DNA of 58,589 bases from a virus (IMGVR_UViG_3300005326_000010:1-58589); one strand, 5' to 3'; shown: positions 35,767 to 46,096, counted from the first letter of the stretch. Made by a program: numbers and translations. Notes: generated from the letters alone by a model not told the origin.

Positions 35767-36420
35767 TTATACCTCCTGATACACCTGCTCATAGAAACTC
35801 GCTCCGACGACGATCCCGGTGTTATCAGCGTCCGGGGTGAACTTGAGAATATAGTCCTCGTTCTGCTTCAACATCAACTCATCCTCCCTGCCGGAAGACC
35901 CTGAGTTCCTCGTCAAACCCACGCCGTTCGTACCGGTACGGTCGCTCCATAAAAGAGTGCCGTCAGCGGAGACGGTCGTATCCTGAAAGGCGGTAACGGA
36001 TGGCGTCCCCGCAGAGTTGCGGTTGTTGAATATCGTCACCGCGGTACCCGCCCCGGTGAGCGTCGGGTTTTCAAAAAACTCCCAGAGTCCTGCGCCGGTT
36101 GAAGTATAGCGGAGGAGCAGGTGCGCCCATGCTGTCGTGTTCGGCGTCGTAATTCGGATATATTTCGGTGCAAGGGTGTCCACGTCGGTATCGGAGACGG
36201 TGGAGAAAAAGTGCTCGCCCTTATGGATTTTGTGGTGCGAGAACGAGATCTCCACCAAGGAGTGCGACCCCTGATCGAGAATCGCCTCTTTCGACGTCGC
36301 CTCCCCGGTACTACCCATAATCCGAACTGCGTCGGTCTCCACGGCGAGGGTACCGGTCTTTCCGGTCACGACCTCCTGTTGGTATTGATAACCATTGGCG
36401 TCTCTTGGTATCAGCGTCAT
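35767..36420 (-). CDS. Hypothetical virion-associated protein, last gene of the late arm
   Basis: Beta-rich; ATG overlaps the stop of the giant gene. Confidence 0.65.
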   Translation of the reverse strand: MTLIPRDANGYQYQQEVVTGKTGTLAVETDAVRIMGSTGEATSKEAILDQGSHSLVEISFSHHKIHKGEHFFSTVSDTDVDTLAPKYIRITTPNTTAWAHLLLRYTSTGAGLWEFFENPTLTGAGTAVTIFNNRNSAGTPSVTAFQDTTVSADGTLLWSDRTGTNGVGLTRNSGSSGREDELMLKQNEDYILKFTPDADNTGIVVGASFYEQVYQEV

Positions 36421-39400
36421 TTGTCACTCCTCTGGAGTCCGTACTGCTCCTCAATAATCAGTTCTTTCTTCGACTTCTTGCCGCCGGCGCGGTTCTGTAG
36501 CGCACGTTTCGTCGCCGTCGCCAGCTCCTTGTAGGAGATTTTCAACCTCGGCTGCGAAGTACCCCAAGAACTGATCTTCTCTACTGCTTCTTCCTTCGCC
36601 TCGTAGTCGTTCTCGGCAACGGCGTTCGCATAATCTTTGAGGAGCCTCGACCGGCGCTGCGTCAGCGTTGTCGAAAGATTCGACAGTTCTCTCGCCTCTT
36701 CTCTCGCCAGAGAGACATCGATCGGGTTGATCCCGGTCAGCATCAGGGCGACGGAGTACATATTCACATCTTCCGGCTGCAGGAGCCTCTTCCCGGAGGC
36801 CGTCGTCACGCCGTTCTCGGTCACGTCGTAGGCCTTGAACAAATCCTTAATAACCTTTGGCGAGCTGTACTGCATCGCCTTGCCGTACTCGCCGTTGGCG
36901 AGAGCGTCCTGCGCCTTTGCCATATCTCCCACGATCGACCACGACGGCCCGAGCAAGCGGTTGGCGTACCACGACGTTCTCTGCGAAGCGGTCATCCCCG
37001 GAGGCGGGTCGCCCTGAATCATATCGGCCATACCACCCATACCAATTCTTCGTGATATGTCCATACCGAAGGCCGCCGGCAGACCTTTTTCTATTACCGT
37101 GGCCGCACCGTCACCGATGGAGGCGTGGAGAGCAGCGGAGAAATCCCGCTCCAGATCCCAGGGGTCGTCCGGGTCTTCGAACATCCAGGAGATCGCACTC
37201 ATCAGGAGCGAGGTGAAGGAGTTGGAGAAGAGCATCGTGATCGGCGTCCCGGCGGCCCCGGCCAACATGAAGGCGATACCGGTAGAAAAGGCGAACTCCC
37301 TTCGCGCCTGTCTTTTTGCATCCTTCGCTTCTTGAATCAGCTTCTCATCGCCGTTCGCATCTACGATCGCTCGGTCGTACTCCTTCCCGATCGCGTCCTT
37401 CATCATCTGAAAGACTTTCCCAATGGTGTGCATCCGGAAGAATTGGAATTGCAGGAGCAGACGACCAGCGTTGCCTCGGGCGATCTTCGGACGATTCTCA
37501 GGGGAGAAATCGTACAATGTATCCCTAATTACCGTCTTAATTGTGTAGTCCATCGCCCCGATGAAGTCGCCATCATAGGCAAGGTCAAAGGACGAGATCG
37601 CCGCCGCTTTTCTAGAACCGGTCTCCGACTTCCTCATGAAGAACCCGGACTTCTCCACCAGCTTGTTGAGCAGGGTATCGGCACCGTCAGCCCCGACGAT
37701 CTGGTCGTGCAGGTCGTGAGAGCGGGACAACTCGGTCCCTCCGTGGAGGGCCGCAACGCGCAGGACGAGCATCTTCTTACCAGTCGCATCAAGCGGCTCA
37801 TAAAGCTGCTTCAGCAAGACGTTGATCGCTGCCTTCTCTTCACTGGTCTCTTTGGTCAGACGCGCTTTCAGCGCGGTCAACTCATTCCTGTTTTTCACTT
37901 CAAGGCTCTTGAGTTCCGCCGCGCTTGCTCCTCGGACTTTCTCACCATCGAAGTTTTTAGTAGACGTGCGCTCCGCCGCTTCCATCTGGTGACGCATCTC
38001 GGTATCCACGGCGCGGAAGCGTTCGATTAACGCAACGACCTTCTCCCCGACCTTATTGTTCTCCTGGTTCCACTGATCGACTTTCTCGTCGGAATACTTG
38101 CTGGCCATGTACTCCTTGGCCGCCTTGAAGTAGGCGCCCGACGCCCTGGAGAAACCAAACCGCGCCGCCAGTTTCGGGATGGTGAAGATCAACGGCTGCG
38201 ACCACTGCACCGCCCAGACCGAAGGGGAAGAGAGCATCTGCATGAAGGTGATCTTTTGCAGGGTCTGCACCGCAGGGTGAATAACCTCCTGCATCCGGTG
38301 CTGGTCGGTATATTCGAGGCTCTGCACTAGAGCGAGCATCATGTTGATATCGTGGACCTCGGGGTTCTTGCCGGGAGCCTGCAGTTCGCGAATGATGTTG
38401 TGCATCTCACGGTACTTGTCAGCGATCCTCCAGCCGTAGCGAGCCTTGGCGACGCTCTGCGCCTCTTTCCGGATATAACTGCCATAGGCCTTGATAATAT
38501 CGGTGTCGAAACCGGCGATGCCTTTCCTTTGCAGCTTGTTCCCTTCGCCCGAGTTCGGCGAGAGGGTGTCCACCCAGAGGCGTTTCAGATCCTGAACGAA
38601 GTTCTCATAGGCTTCGCCTTCCAGACCCCGCTCCTTCGCCTTTTCCTCGATCGAGGAAACGAAGCCTGCGGGCACGTTCGTGTAATTGCGTCCGAGAATC
38701 TCCGCCTCGCGATCGAACTCGGTGTGCAGACCCTTCGCCCGTTGGTCTTCTATGAAGACCAGGGCCTTCTTCTCGGAGTCGAACATCCGCGCTTCCAGTT
38801 CCTCACCCTTACCCTCTTCCCAGACCCTGACCATGAACTTGCCGTCACGCATCAGCGGCATGTAGAGTCCTCGGAGCACCTTGGCGAACTGCGCTTCAAT
38901 CCTCTCCGCTTCCTTCTCATACCCTTCGGTGTCTTCGCCGTAGGCGTACTTCAGACCGTCGAGGAGCGCTTCTTTGTGCGCGGTGCGGAGGGCTTTCATG
39001 TGGTCAACGAGGGTTTTCACCGTGTCCTTCTGCGGCTGGGTCAGCTTCGCCCATGCTGCGGAGAGGTCTTTCTTCGCTTCTACGAGATCCTTGGCCGAGG
39101 CAAACTCGGAGTTCCCGGTTGGGGTCCATGACTCGTCGAGCCACTGAGAGGCGAGCGGAGCGAGAGGGTCAAGCTGATACAACGTCGCTTTCCACACCGC
39201 GTTTTCGATATTTCTAAGTTCCTCATCGGTCTTGGCTGACGCCAAGAAAGCATCAGCGTGAACACTGCCGTCATTCATCTGCGCTTGTGGGTACCGCGAC
39301 TTCTGCGTCTTCAGGTCTTCAAGGTCGATCAACGAGCGACGGAGCGGCTTCGACCAGGGGGAGGACACGGCGAGCCTGATCATCCGGTCCACTGGGTAGA

Positions 39401-42400
39401 CGAAATTGACAAAGGCCGTGCCGACATTCTCCAGCCAGCGCTTCAGGTCGCTCGGCGTCGAAGAGGCTTTGCCGAGGTTATCGACAAATTCCCGCGCTTT
39501 CGCCGGGATACCCGCGCTCCGATTAAACCGCGCCGTGATCTGCACGTCTTCCTCGTTGAAGATGACGTAATTGAAAGTCTGGTCTTTACCTAGTTCCGCT
39601 ACGGCAGTGCGTAGCGCATCGCTTGCGTCGTAGTTATCGAGATTCTTCCCGAGGGCTGCGCTGATTGCCTGCGCCGGGTAGTCGAAGCCAAGCCAGTCAT
39701 CGGCGTCAAGTGCCTTCAAGAATGTTTCCTGCTCCGCTGAGAACTTCCCGGTGCCGATTAAGTCCGTTACGTCTTCAAAAGTCGCGTCTTCCGGCAGTTC
39801 GTCGAGGAACGCCTGCTTGATTTCACGCATCGGACGATGCCGGCTCGACCCGTCTAGATACTTGATACCCCGGATGCCGAGGGAGTGGAGGTAGTCGGAG
39901 GCGGCGCGGTCGGAACCATATTCATGCGTCATTTGTTCGTATATGGTTTTACCTGTGCTGGATTTCTTTAAGCCGTATGGCTCCAATGCTTTGTCAGCAT
40001 TTAAGAGTTGTGTTTTGAGGCCCTGCCCCCGACCGTCAAACCAATTATTTATAAAAGTGTTGCGTTCGATACCTCTTGGTAACTTACTCGCAGCAGCCTC
40101 CATCGTGGACATTTCTTCTTGATATTGCGTTTTTAATCTAGCCGCAATATCTCGTAGTTCTTTTGCAGCATCGCCCATACCTATGCTATCCAGCGCCTCC
40201 TTCACCTTCTCGCTCTGCTCAGAGAGCGGCTTATCCCAGAGAAGGTATTCGTCTTCCTTCGGCGCGAGTTCGACTTTGTAGAGCCTGCCATTGGAGGGAA
40301 GCAGTGTAATCGCATCGTTTATCCGTTTAAAATCATCTCCCAAAAGATTGGCCACTTTCATTGACGGCTGACTTGACGCCAAATCCGATACAATATGTCC
40401 TACTGCAAGTGGTCCTGTTCCATGAAAACTGTCTTTTGTAAGTGCTTTTTCTATAAGAGCATACACCTCTGGGTCGTGCGCTCTTAAAATTTCGGCATGG
40501 TCGGTCAATTTTGTGCGTGAGGCTGCTACTGCTTTGCGGTAATACTCCGCAACCTCTTTATTCTCCGCAAAATAAAGCCCGTATCCATAAGCCTGAGCAC
40601 CTTCGCCCGTACCGATCTTCTCCGTGGAGAATTTGTCCACATCATGCGGTGTACCATGCCACGCGGCGGCGAAGCGAGGGTCGCCTTCAGCAGCTTTTCG
40701 GGCGTACTTGGCGAAGACCTTCGCGACTACTTCCTCGGCGCGGTTCACGTCTTTCAACACGACCTCGGAAACCTGCATCGCTTCGAGGTCGCGACTGGTC
40801 TGACTGAAGAAATCTTTTATCCTCTGAATGATCCGCGCGAACAGCGACGGTTCTTTCTGCGCCATCTTCTCCCAGAAGGACGGCTTCATGAAGTTGGAGC
40901 CTACGATGTTGCCGAGGTACTCGTCGAAGATCTGGCTCTCGTTGTTCTTGTCGTACCTACCGCTCTTGATAAGCGCGGAGTATTGGGCGTAGACGCCTTC
41001 ACGCGAGATGCTCGCTATGTAGTTCTTGAACTCCTTGTAGGTTGCTGGATCGTCTCGCTCCAGAGTATGAGTGAGTTCGTGACCGAGGAGTGCAAGATGG
41101 GGGAGTGATGCATTCTCGGCAAGGTAGATGTTTTCGTTGTCTGAAGTGATGAAACCTGCGGGTAGCTTGAGGCCAGGCGCTGTCTTATAGAGCCGGATTG
41201 TCTTTCTGAAAAGATTTGCGAGAGCCAGAAGTTCGGGAGGTGTTCGAACAAAGGTAATATCCTCTGGTCTAACTTCTTCACCAAACGTCCCTTTGAAGTC
41301 TTTGACAATACGTTTCTTTGCCTCTTCGTCACCGTTCACCATCCTCTCTTGTTCATTCTCTGTGAACATCACCTCACCCGCCCGAGCGACGAGCGCACGT
41401 AACTCCGTATCGCTGATCTTCAGGCTCAACCCGACGCTCCGCAGCCACGCCTTCAGACGGGCGATGAACTTATCAAGAAGCGGAGATTTCCCCTCGCCCT
41501 TGGCGAGTTCGACGATATATTCCTCAGTCGCTTCGAGCTTACCCTCTTTGGTCTTGTAGTCGATACCTTTGGAGTTCGCGAACTCCCTGATCTTCGCCCC
41601 CTGGTCCGACCAGGCGACACCGAGGAAATTATCGAAGGCGCGGCCCATGAGAACCCGGAGACCGGCGTGACGGATTTCGTGCTTGAAAAGCACCTCATGT
41701 GCTTCCTCAACGGAGTTGAGGTTCTCAGCTACCAGATAAATCTTCCCGTCATGGAAAACGCCGTTAAAGGCGAAGCCGGGGTCTTCGAGTCCGGGGATCT
41801 GCGAGGCGGAGTCCACGACGACAACCGGGATTTTGAGTTTCGGGGTGATCGCTTTCAGCGACTTTTCGATGTCGGCTTTGGCGACTCCGGTTCCACCTTC
41901 CTTGTTAAACCTCAACCCCTTCGCATAGGCGTAATCGACCGAATCGACGACCTTGGGGTTCTTCAGGTACTTCAGAGTTTCAGGGTCATTGGTTTTCAAC
42001 CAGGCACCAACCCTGTTAAGGGTTTGAAAGCCACCCTCCGGTGTCATGAAGCCCTGCTCTGCCTGACCTTTGGCATACTCAGTTTTGACGCCGTGGCGTT
42101 CGGCGAGGTCAACGTGCGCTTCGCCGGGAAGACCTGTAAGGGTACGACCTCCGACCACTAGAGCGGGTTTCAGGACTTTTAATTCTTTTATGTCGGCGTC
42201 TGAGAGGCGGGAGAAGCGGGTGTCGTCCCGGAGAAGGTCGCGGACGTATAATGCGATTCTGGCCTTCTTTATCGCGTTGACATTCCTGTCTACTATCTGC
42301 TGCTTTCTTTCTGGCGACATGCGGTCTCGGATAGGCCGAGCGTTTACTTCTTGCATCCTCGCAAGCTCTTTTTCAACATCAGCGTTCAGACCGTACCTGC

Positions 42401-44525
42401 GGTCAATCTCTGCCCACGTTGCCGCCGGGATCGCTGTTAATTCGTCATCAGTAATTGTCTCGGCCATAGCAACAAGGCGGTTGTCACCTTTGGCGTTTAT
42501 GACATTCTTCATCGCGCCGATGATGCTTTTGGGTAGACCGCGCTGCGCCAAATCAATAACACGGGAGAAACGGGTAGTCACCCGTGACTTCGACCCAGGG
42601 GTGACGCTCTTACCCTCGGCAACTACGGTCATGCGACCCTGTGGGTCTCTCTGCATCACCATCTCATGCGCTGCGGGTGCATAGTCAACGGCGTCTACGC
42701 CGCTTATCGGTCGGCCTTTCCCGGTGCGCACGTCCACGACGTAGCGGGGGTTCTCGGTTTTCGCTCTGCTCAAAGCCTCCAAGGAGGCGGCGGATTCTCC
42801 ACTTGCGTTATTCTCAGTCCTTGAGAATCGGGATTCCGACCCTTTGAAGCTCAACCCGGTCGTCTTGGCGACAACCTGCAACGCCTTCATCCGCGCTTCC
42901 GGGGTCTCGGCCTCGGTGATGTCAAAGGTTCCGTCAGGGAGGATTTCCGCAGTTGCAATAACATTCGGACGACCACGGGAGTCTTTACCCAACCAAGTCA
43001 GAGTGTCGCCGTCTCGTCGTACCGCCTGTTGATTGCCGGTGCCTTCGACATAGTTGTACTTTCCGTCTTCGATTACATTGGATGCTCGCACTGCGGGCAA
43101 CTCTCCGCTTGTCGATCCATCCACATCCTGCACCAGGGGCATCTCTTTGGGGCGGGTCGCGGTTTCAGCGAGACCGGGTGTGGTTTCTCCAACGCCTCCA
43201 ACCTCGATACTTCTCGGCGGTTCGACTGTGGTTTCGGCATCTGTTACTCCTTCCTCCGGAAGAAAATATCCCTGCTCCCGTGCGAAGTCCATCTGACCTG
43301 CAGGGACAGTCTCAATCTCACCGGTCTCCGGGTTCACCATCTGGAAGTCGCCGGTTGTTTCTGGCGTGGTGATATTCTCGAGAATCTCATTGATATCCTT
43401 ATCGGGGTTCGCTGCGAACTCTTTCAGGGTCTCGGTGATCGACTCTTCCAGAGGCTTTGCCGGCTGGAGCCACTCATCGGTCAGCGGGATTCTCTCGCCG
43501 TTGGCTACGGCATCGACCGCACGGGATTTCCAGATATCTCGGCTCCCTTCCGGAAGGGCAGAGTACACCGTGTTTACCGCGTCGAGCCGTGCGCTCTGTG
43601 CGACCCTCGGGTCTTCGAGGGCTTTGCGTGTTACCCACTGCTGGAAAGAGTTAATACCTTGGGCGCCGCCGCCCATGACACCACCGGCAAGGAGACCGGT
43701 AGCCGCTGCCGCTCCAACTCCTTCAGACCAAGGCTGCCCTGTTGCGAGGTTCTGCGCCGCCTGCTCCTGCGCGGACTGCGGCATCTCTTCCAGTGCGCCT
43801 TCGGCAAGTGCGCCCTTTGCGACGCTGCGGAAGAATTTACCCGGTTTCCCAACTGCGTCTTGGACGAGGCTTCCTCCGGTTGCGCCAGCGCGACCACCAG
43901 CGAGGAGGGTATCAATGTCGGCGATGCCGAGTTTCTGGGCGAGCTTACCACCAATGACCCCGAAGCCGCCGGTCAAGACGCCGCTTCCTGCGGCGATGGC
44001 ACTCTGTTGGGGGGTGAGGTATCCGGTCTCTTCTCTGATCTGTTCTGCCGCGGCGCCGGCGCTGATTGCGCCCTCGCCCATGGCCCCTGCGACAATCGGG
44101 GCTACTTTGGGTGCTGCCTTCAGGACACCTCTAGCAATACCGGCACCACCGAGCATCGAGGGCGCGGACTCGATAACCGAGTGGGCGATGGTCGAGGGGT
44201 TTTTAAGCGCCTCCGTAACCGTTGGGATGAACCCTTTCGCCTCGCTGACTTTCTGAAAAGCGGCCTTCTGTTCCGGCGAATAGTATTCATCCAGAATTTT
44301 CCGCGCCTCGGCAGGTCGATACCCGGCCTTGTTCGCCAGCCGCCCGACAAAACCGCCGGTCGGGATATCGGCTAGCCCGACAACCGCTTCCGGTAAGGCG
44401 ATCGCACCCTTTAAGGCCGAGATCGCCGGGTCAGCAACGAAACGACGAAAACCGCCGGTCTTCTGACCCTGCGGCTCTACGTCTTCCCAATCTCCAGGTT
44501 TTACATCTTCCCAATCAGAAGGCAT
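36417..44525 (-). CDS. Giant polyvalent/ejection protein (2702 aa): hydrophobic Gly/Ala N-domain, two zincin HExxH domains, ART-like domain, PLxRFG-like C-domain
   Basis: HEIRH (41667-41681), HELTH (41067-41081), WHGTPH...GTGEGAQAYGYGLYF, YMPLMRDG (~38850). Confidence 0.85.
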   Translation of the reverse strand: MPSDWEDVKPGDWEDVEPQGQKTGGFRRFVADPAISALKGAIALPEAVVGLADIPTGGFVGRLANKAGYRPAEARKILDEYYSPEQKAAFQKVSEAKGFIPTVTEALKNPSTIAHSVIESAPSMLGGAGIARGVLKAAPKVAPIVAGAMGEGAISAGAAAEQIREETGYLTPQQSAIAAGSGVLTGGFGVIGGKLAQKLGIADIDTLLAGGRAGATGGSLVQDAVGKPGKFFRSVAKGALAEGALEEMPQSAQEQAAQNLATGQPWSEGVGAAAATGLLAGGVMGGGAQGINSFQQWVTRKALEDPRVAQSARLDAVNTVYSALPEGSRDIWKSRAVDAVANGERIPLTDEWLQPAKPLEESITETLKEFAANPDKDINEILENITTPETTGDFQMVNPETGEIETVPAGQMDFAREQGYFLPEEGVTDAETTVEPPRSIEVGGVGETTPGLAETATRPKEMPLVQDVDGSTSGELPAVRASNVIEDGKYNYVEGTGNQQAVRRDGDTLTWLGKDSRGRPNVIATAEILPDGTFDITEAETPEARMKALQVVAKTTGLSFKGSESRFSRTENNASGESAASLEALSRAKTENPRYVVDVRTGKGRPISGVDAVDYAPAAHEMVMQRDPQGRMTVVAEGKSVTPGSKSRVTTRFSRVIDLAQRGLPKSIIGAMKNVINAKGDNRLVAMAETITDDELTAIPAATWAEIDRRYGLNADVEKELARMQEVNARPIRDRMSPERKQQIVDRNVNAIKKARIALYVRDLLRDDTRFSRLSDADIKELKVLKPALVVGGRTLTGLPGEAHVDLAERHGVKTEYAKGQAEQGFMTPEGGFQTLNRVGAWLKTNDPETLKYLKNPKVVDSVDYAYAKGLRFNKEGGTGVAKADIEKSLKAITPKLKIPVVVVDSASQIPGLEDPGFAFNGVFHDGKIYLVAENLNSVEEAHEVLFKHEIRHAGLRVLMGRAFDNFLGVAWSDQGAKIREFANSKGIDYKTKEGKLEATEEYIVELAKGEGKSPLLDKFIARLKAWLRSVGLSLKISDTELRALVARAGEVMFTENEQERMVNGDEEAKKRIVKDFKGTFGEEVRPEDITFVRTPPELLALANLFRKTIRLYKTAPGLKLPAGFITSDNENIYLAENASLPHLALLGHELTHTLERDDPATYKEFKNYIASISREGVYAQYSALIKSGRYDKNNESQIFDEYLGNIVGSNFMKPSFWEKMAQKEPSLFARIIQRIKDFFSQTSRDLEAMQVSEVVLKDVNRAEEVVAKVFAKYARKAAEGDPRFAAAWHGTPHDVDKFSTEKIGTGEGAQAYGYGLYFAENKEVAEYYRKAVAASRTKLTDHAEILRAHDPEVYALIEKALTKDSFHGTGPLAVGHIVSDLASSQPSMKVANLLGDDFKRINDAITLLPSNGRLYKVELAPKEDEYLLWDKPLSEQSEKVKEALDSIGMGDAAKELRDIAARLKTQYQEEMSTMEAAASKLPRGIERNTFINNWFDGRGQGLKTQLLNADKALEPYGLKKSSTGKTIYEQMTHEYGSDRAASDYLHSLGIRGIKYLDGSSRHRPMREIKQAFLDELPEDATFEDVTDLIGTGKFSAEQETFLKALDADDWLGFDYPAQAISAALGKNLDNYDASDALRTAVAELGKDQTFNYVIFNEEDVQITARFNRSAGIPAKAREFVDNLGKASSTPSDLKRWLENVGTAFVNFVYPVDRMIRLAVSSPWSKPLRRSLIDLEDLKTQKSRYPQAQMNDGSVHADAFLASAKTDEELRNIENAVWKATLYQLDPLAPLASQWLDESWTPTGNSEFASAKDLVEAKKDLSAAWAKLTQPQKDTVKTLVDHMKALRTAHKEALLDGLKYAYGEDTEGYEKEAERIEAQFAKVLRGLYMPLMRDGKFMVRVWEEGKGEELEARMFDSEKKALVFIEDQRAKGLHTEFDREAEILGRNYTNVPAGFVSSIEEKAKERGLEGEAYENFVQDLKRLWVDTLSPNSGEGNKLQRKGIAGFDTDIIKAYGSYIRKEAQSVAKARYGWRIADKYREMHNIIRELQAPGKNPEVHDINMMLALVQSLEYTDQHRMQEVIHPAVQTLQKITFMQMLSSPSVWAVQWSQPLIFTIPKLAARFGFSRASGAYFKAAKEYMASKYSDEKVDQWNQENNKVGEKVVALIERFRAVDTEMRHQMEAAERTSTKNFDGEKVRGASAAELKSLEVKNRNELTALKARLTKETSEEKAAINVLLKQLYEPLDATGKKMLVLRVAALHGGTELSRSHDLHDQIVGADGADTLLNKLVEKSGFFMRKSETGSRKAAAISSFDLAYDGDFIGAMDYTIKTVIRDTLYDFSPENRPKIARGNAGRLLLQFQFFRMHTIGKVFQMMKDAIGKEYDRAIVDANGDEKLIQEAKDAKRQARREFAFSTGIAFMLAGAAGTPITMLFSNSFTSLLMSAISWMFEDPDDPWDLERDFSAALHASIGDGAATVIEKGLPAAFGMDISRRIGMGGMADMIQGDPPPGMTASQRTSWYANRLLGPSWSIVGDMAKAQDALANGEYGKAMQYSSPKVIKDLFKAYDVTENGVTTASGKRLLQPEDVNMYSVALMLTGINPIDVSLAREEARELSNLSTTLTQRRSRLLKDYANAVAENDYEAKEEAVEKISSWGTSQPRLKISYKELATATKRALQNRAGGKKSKKELIIEEQYGLQRSDK

Positions 44526-44550
44526 ATTGTGTCCTTATTGTGTGAAGAAG

Positions 44551-46086
44551 TTACTTCTGCGCCGTGTCGCCTCCATGAAGGTCGGCGCGGTGGCTATGGG
44601 CGCTGTCGGAGCGGCGGTGACTGGTTTCTTCGCTGCGTCCTCTGCGGCTTTCTCTTCTGGCGTTTTTAAGTAGCCGGGGGCCGAAGGGGTTAGCGGTTCG
44701 GGCCGTCGCCATATTATCAATCGCTGTCGTGAAAGGCTTCCTCGCCGTAGCCGGATTCGGAAGAACTACGCCGCTCGTCTGCGGTTGGATGATTTCCGGA
44801 CCATTCTTGCCAACGACTTCATACGCCGGAGTGTTCTGCCCTCGGTCGATGCTGCCGGTGAAGTTCTGTAAGGTAGAATCTTTCCCTTCGTCGATATTCA
44901 CTTTCACTTCCGGACCATCCTCGCCGACGAGGTACGGGTTGCCTGCTTGAACGGGGCCGCCGAGGGCGCGGGCTTGGATCGGCACGATTCTGCCGTCTCT
45001 CGTCAGACCTTCCATCTGGCCGTTTGCGCCTTTGCGGCGTTTCACCACTTCGTTCGGGTCGGCCCACTGATCTTCGGTCTTGTTCTTCCACCAGAGATGT
45101 CCGGTGGTTTTTCCCGGTACGAAGACCTTGCCCGACTTGACATTCTGATAGTTCGTCACTGCGCTGGACAGCGCTTGCGGGTCTGCGGCGTTTGCCGCGA
45201 TGATTGACTTCAAAATCTCGGCGTCATAATCTTTCCCCGGAGAACCTCCGGCTTCTTTCAGCGCGAGGCGCTGTTCGAAACTGAGAGCGTTGTTCCCGAG
45301 CGATTCCGAGGCGCGGTTGTGTCTGATCGTTTCACCAAGCTGCCGTGCGTCCATCTCGTTCGCGAGAATCCCGAGTTCCTTATCCACCTTCGTCCGCCGA
45401 TCGAAGCCGCCGGTCTGGGTGCGCTGCTGGTCCATACCCGCCTGAGCGCCAAGGATGTCGCCGGAAACCTTCGCCTGCGAGCCGAGGACTACCCCGCCGG
45501 CTTTCGCTGCGGCGTCGAGAAGAGCGCCGTATTCTGCGGCTGCGGCTGCTTTCCGTTTTGCCCCACCGTGCTGGAGAGCACCCCAGGAACCGATCGAGAG
45601 GCGCTTGTCTGCCTCGTGCAGGATGTCGTCCATCGTAATACCTGGCAGCGGAGCGGCGACACCTTGCGGGGTCATGGTCTGCGGGTTCAGCCCGGTCATG
45701 TCGCGTTCTCGCCCCATACGGACATCGACCCCGGCGAGCGGGTCGGTTGGGGCTTTTCTCCCGATACTGCGTGGAGCCTTCGCCCGAACGTTGGAGGAAA
45801 ATGACGCCTGCGGTTTGACCGCGCCGAGTGTCGCCCCGACAACCGCTCCGGACATGTTTGGCAGGTCAGGTTTTGGCGGTGGTGCGGCTTCAGCTTTTCG
45901 ACCTCCGAGCGGTCGGAAGAAGTCATCAGCAAAAAGACCTCCGCCTGCCACCTGGTCGGCACTTAGCCCGGTACCGAAGATCCCGGAAGAACTTTCCTGC
46001 GGGCGCCAGTTGGGCGGCGGCGCGCCGCCGCGGGGGCGGGTAAAGGCGGGTTTAGCTTTTGCAAAATCAGAGAAGGAACCGGCCAT
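44551..46086 (-). CDS. Putative ejection/internal virion protein; possible alternative C-terminus to 44535 by +1 frameshift
   Basis: ARALGGPVQAGNPYLVGEDGPE motif typical of tape-measure/ejected proteins; low complexity. Confidence 0.65.
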   Translation of the reverse strand: MAGSFSDFAKAKPAFTRPRGGAPPPNWRPQESSSGIFGTGLSADQVAGGGLFADDFFRPLGGRKAEAAPPPKPDLPNMSGAVVGATLGAVKPQASFSSNVRAKAPRSIGRKAPTDPLAGVDVRMGRERDMTGLNPQTMTPQGVAAPLPGITMDDILHEADKRLSIGSWGALQHGGAKRKAAAAAEYGALLDAAAKAGGVVLGSQAKVSGDILGAQAGMDQQRTQTGGFDRRTKVDKELGILANEMDARQLGETIRHNRASESLGNNALSFEQRLALKEAGGSPGKDYDAEILKSIIAANAADPQALSSAVTNYQNVKSGKVFVPGKTTGHLWWKNKTEDQWADPNEVVKRRKGANGQMEGLTRDGRIVPIQARALGGPVQAGNPYLVGEDGPEVKVNIDEGKDSTLQNFTGSIDRGQNTPAYEVVGKNGPEIIQPQTSGVVLPNPATARKPFTTAIDNMATARTANPFGPRLLKNARRESRRGRSEETSHRRSDSAHSHRADLHGGDTAQK

Positions 46087-46096
46087 ACTGACCTCC

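Noticed and set aside
43029-44375. Long antisense ORFs (e.g. 448 aa here, 414 aa at 32031-33275, 301 aa at 37125-38030)
   Set aside because: Shadows of GC-rich genes on the opposite strand, with no recognisable motifs.
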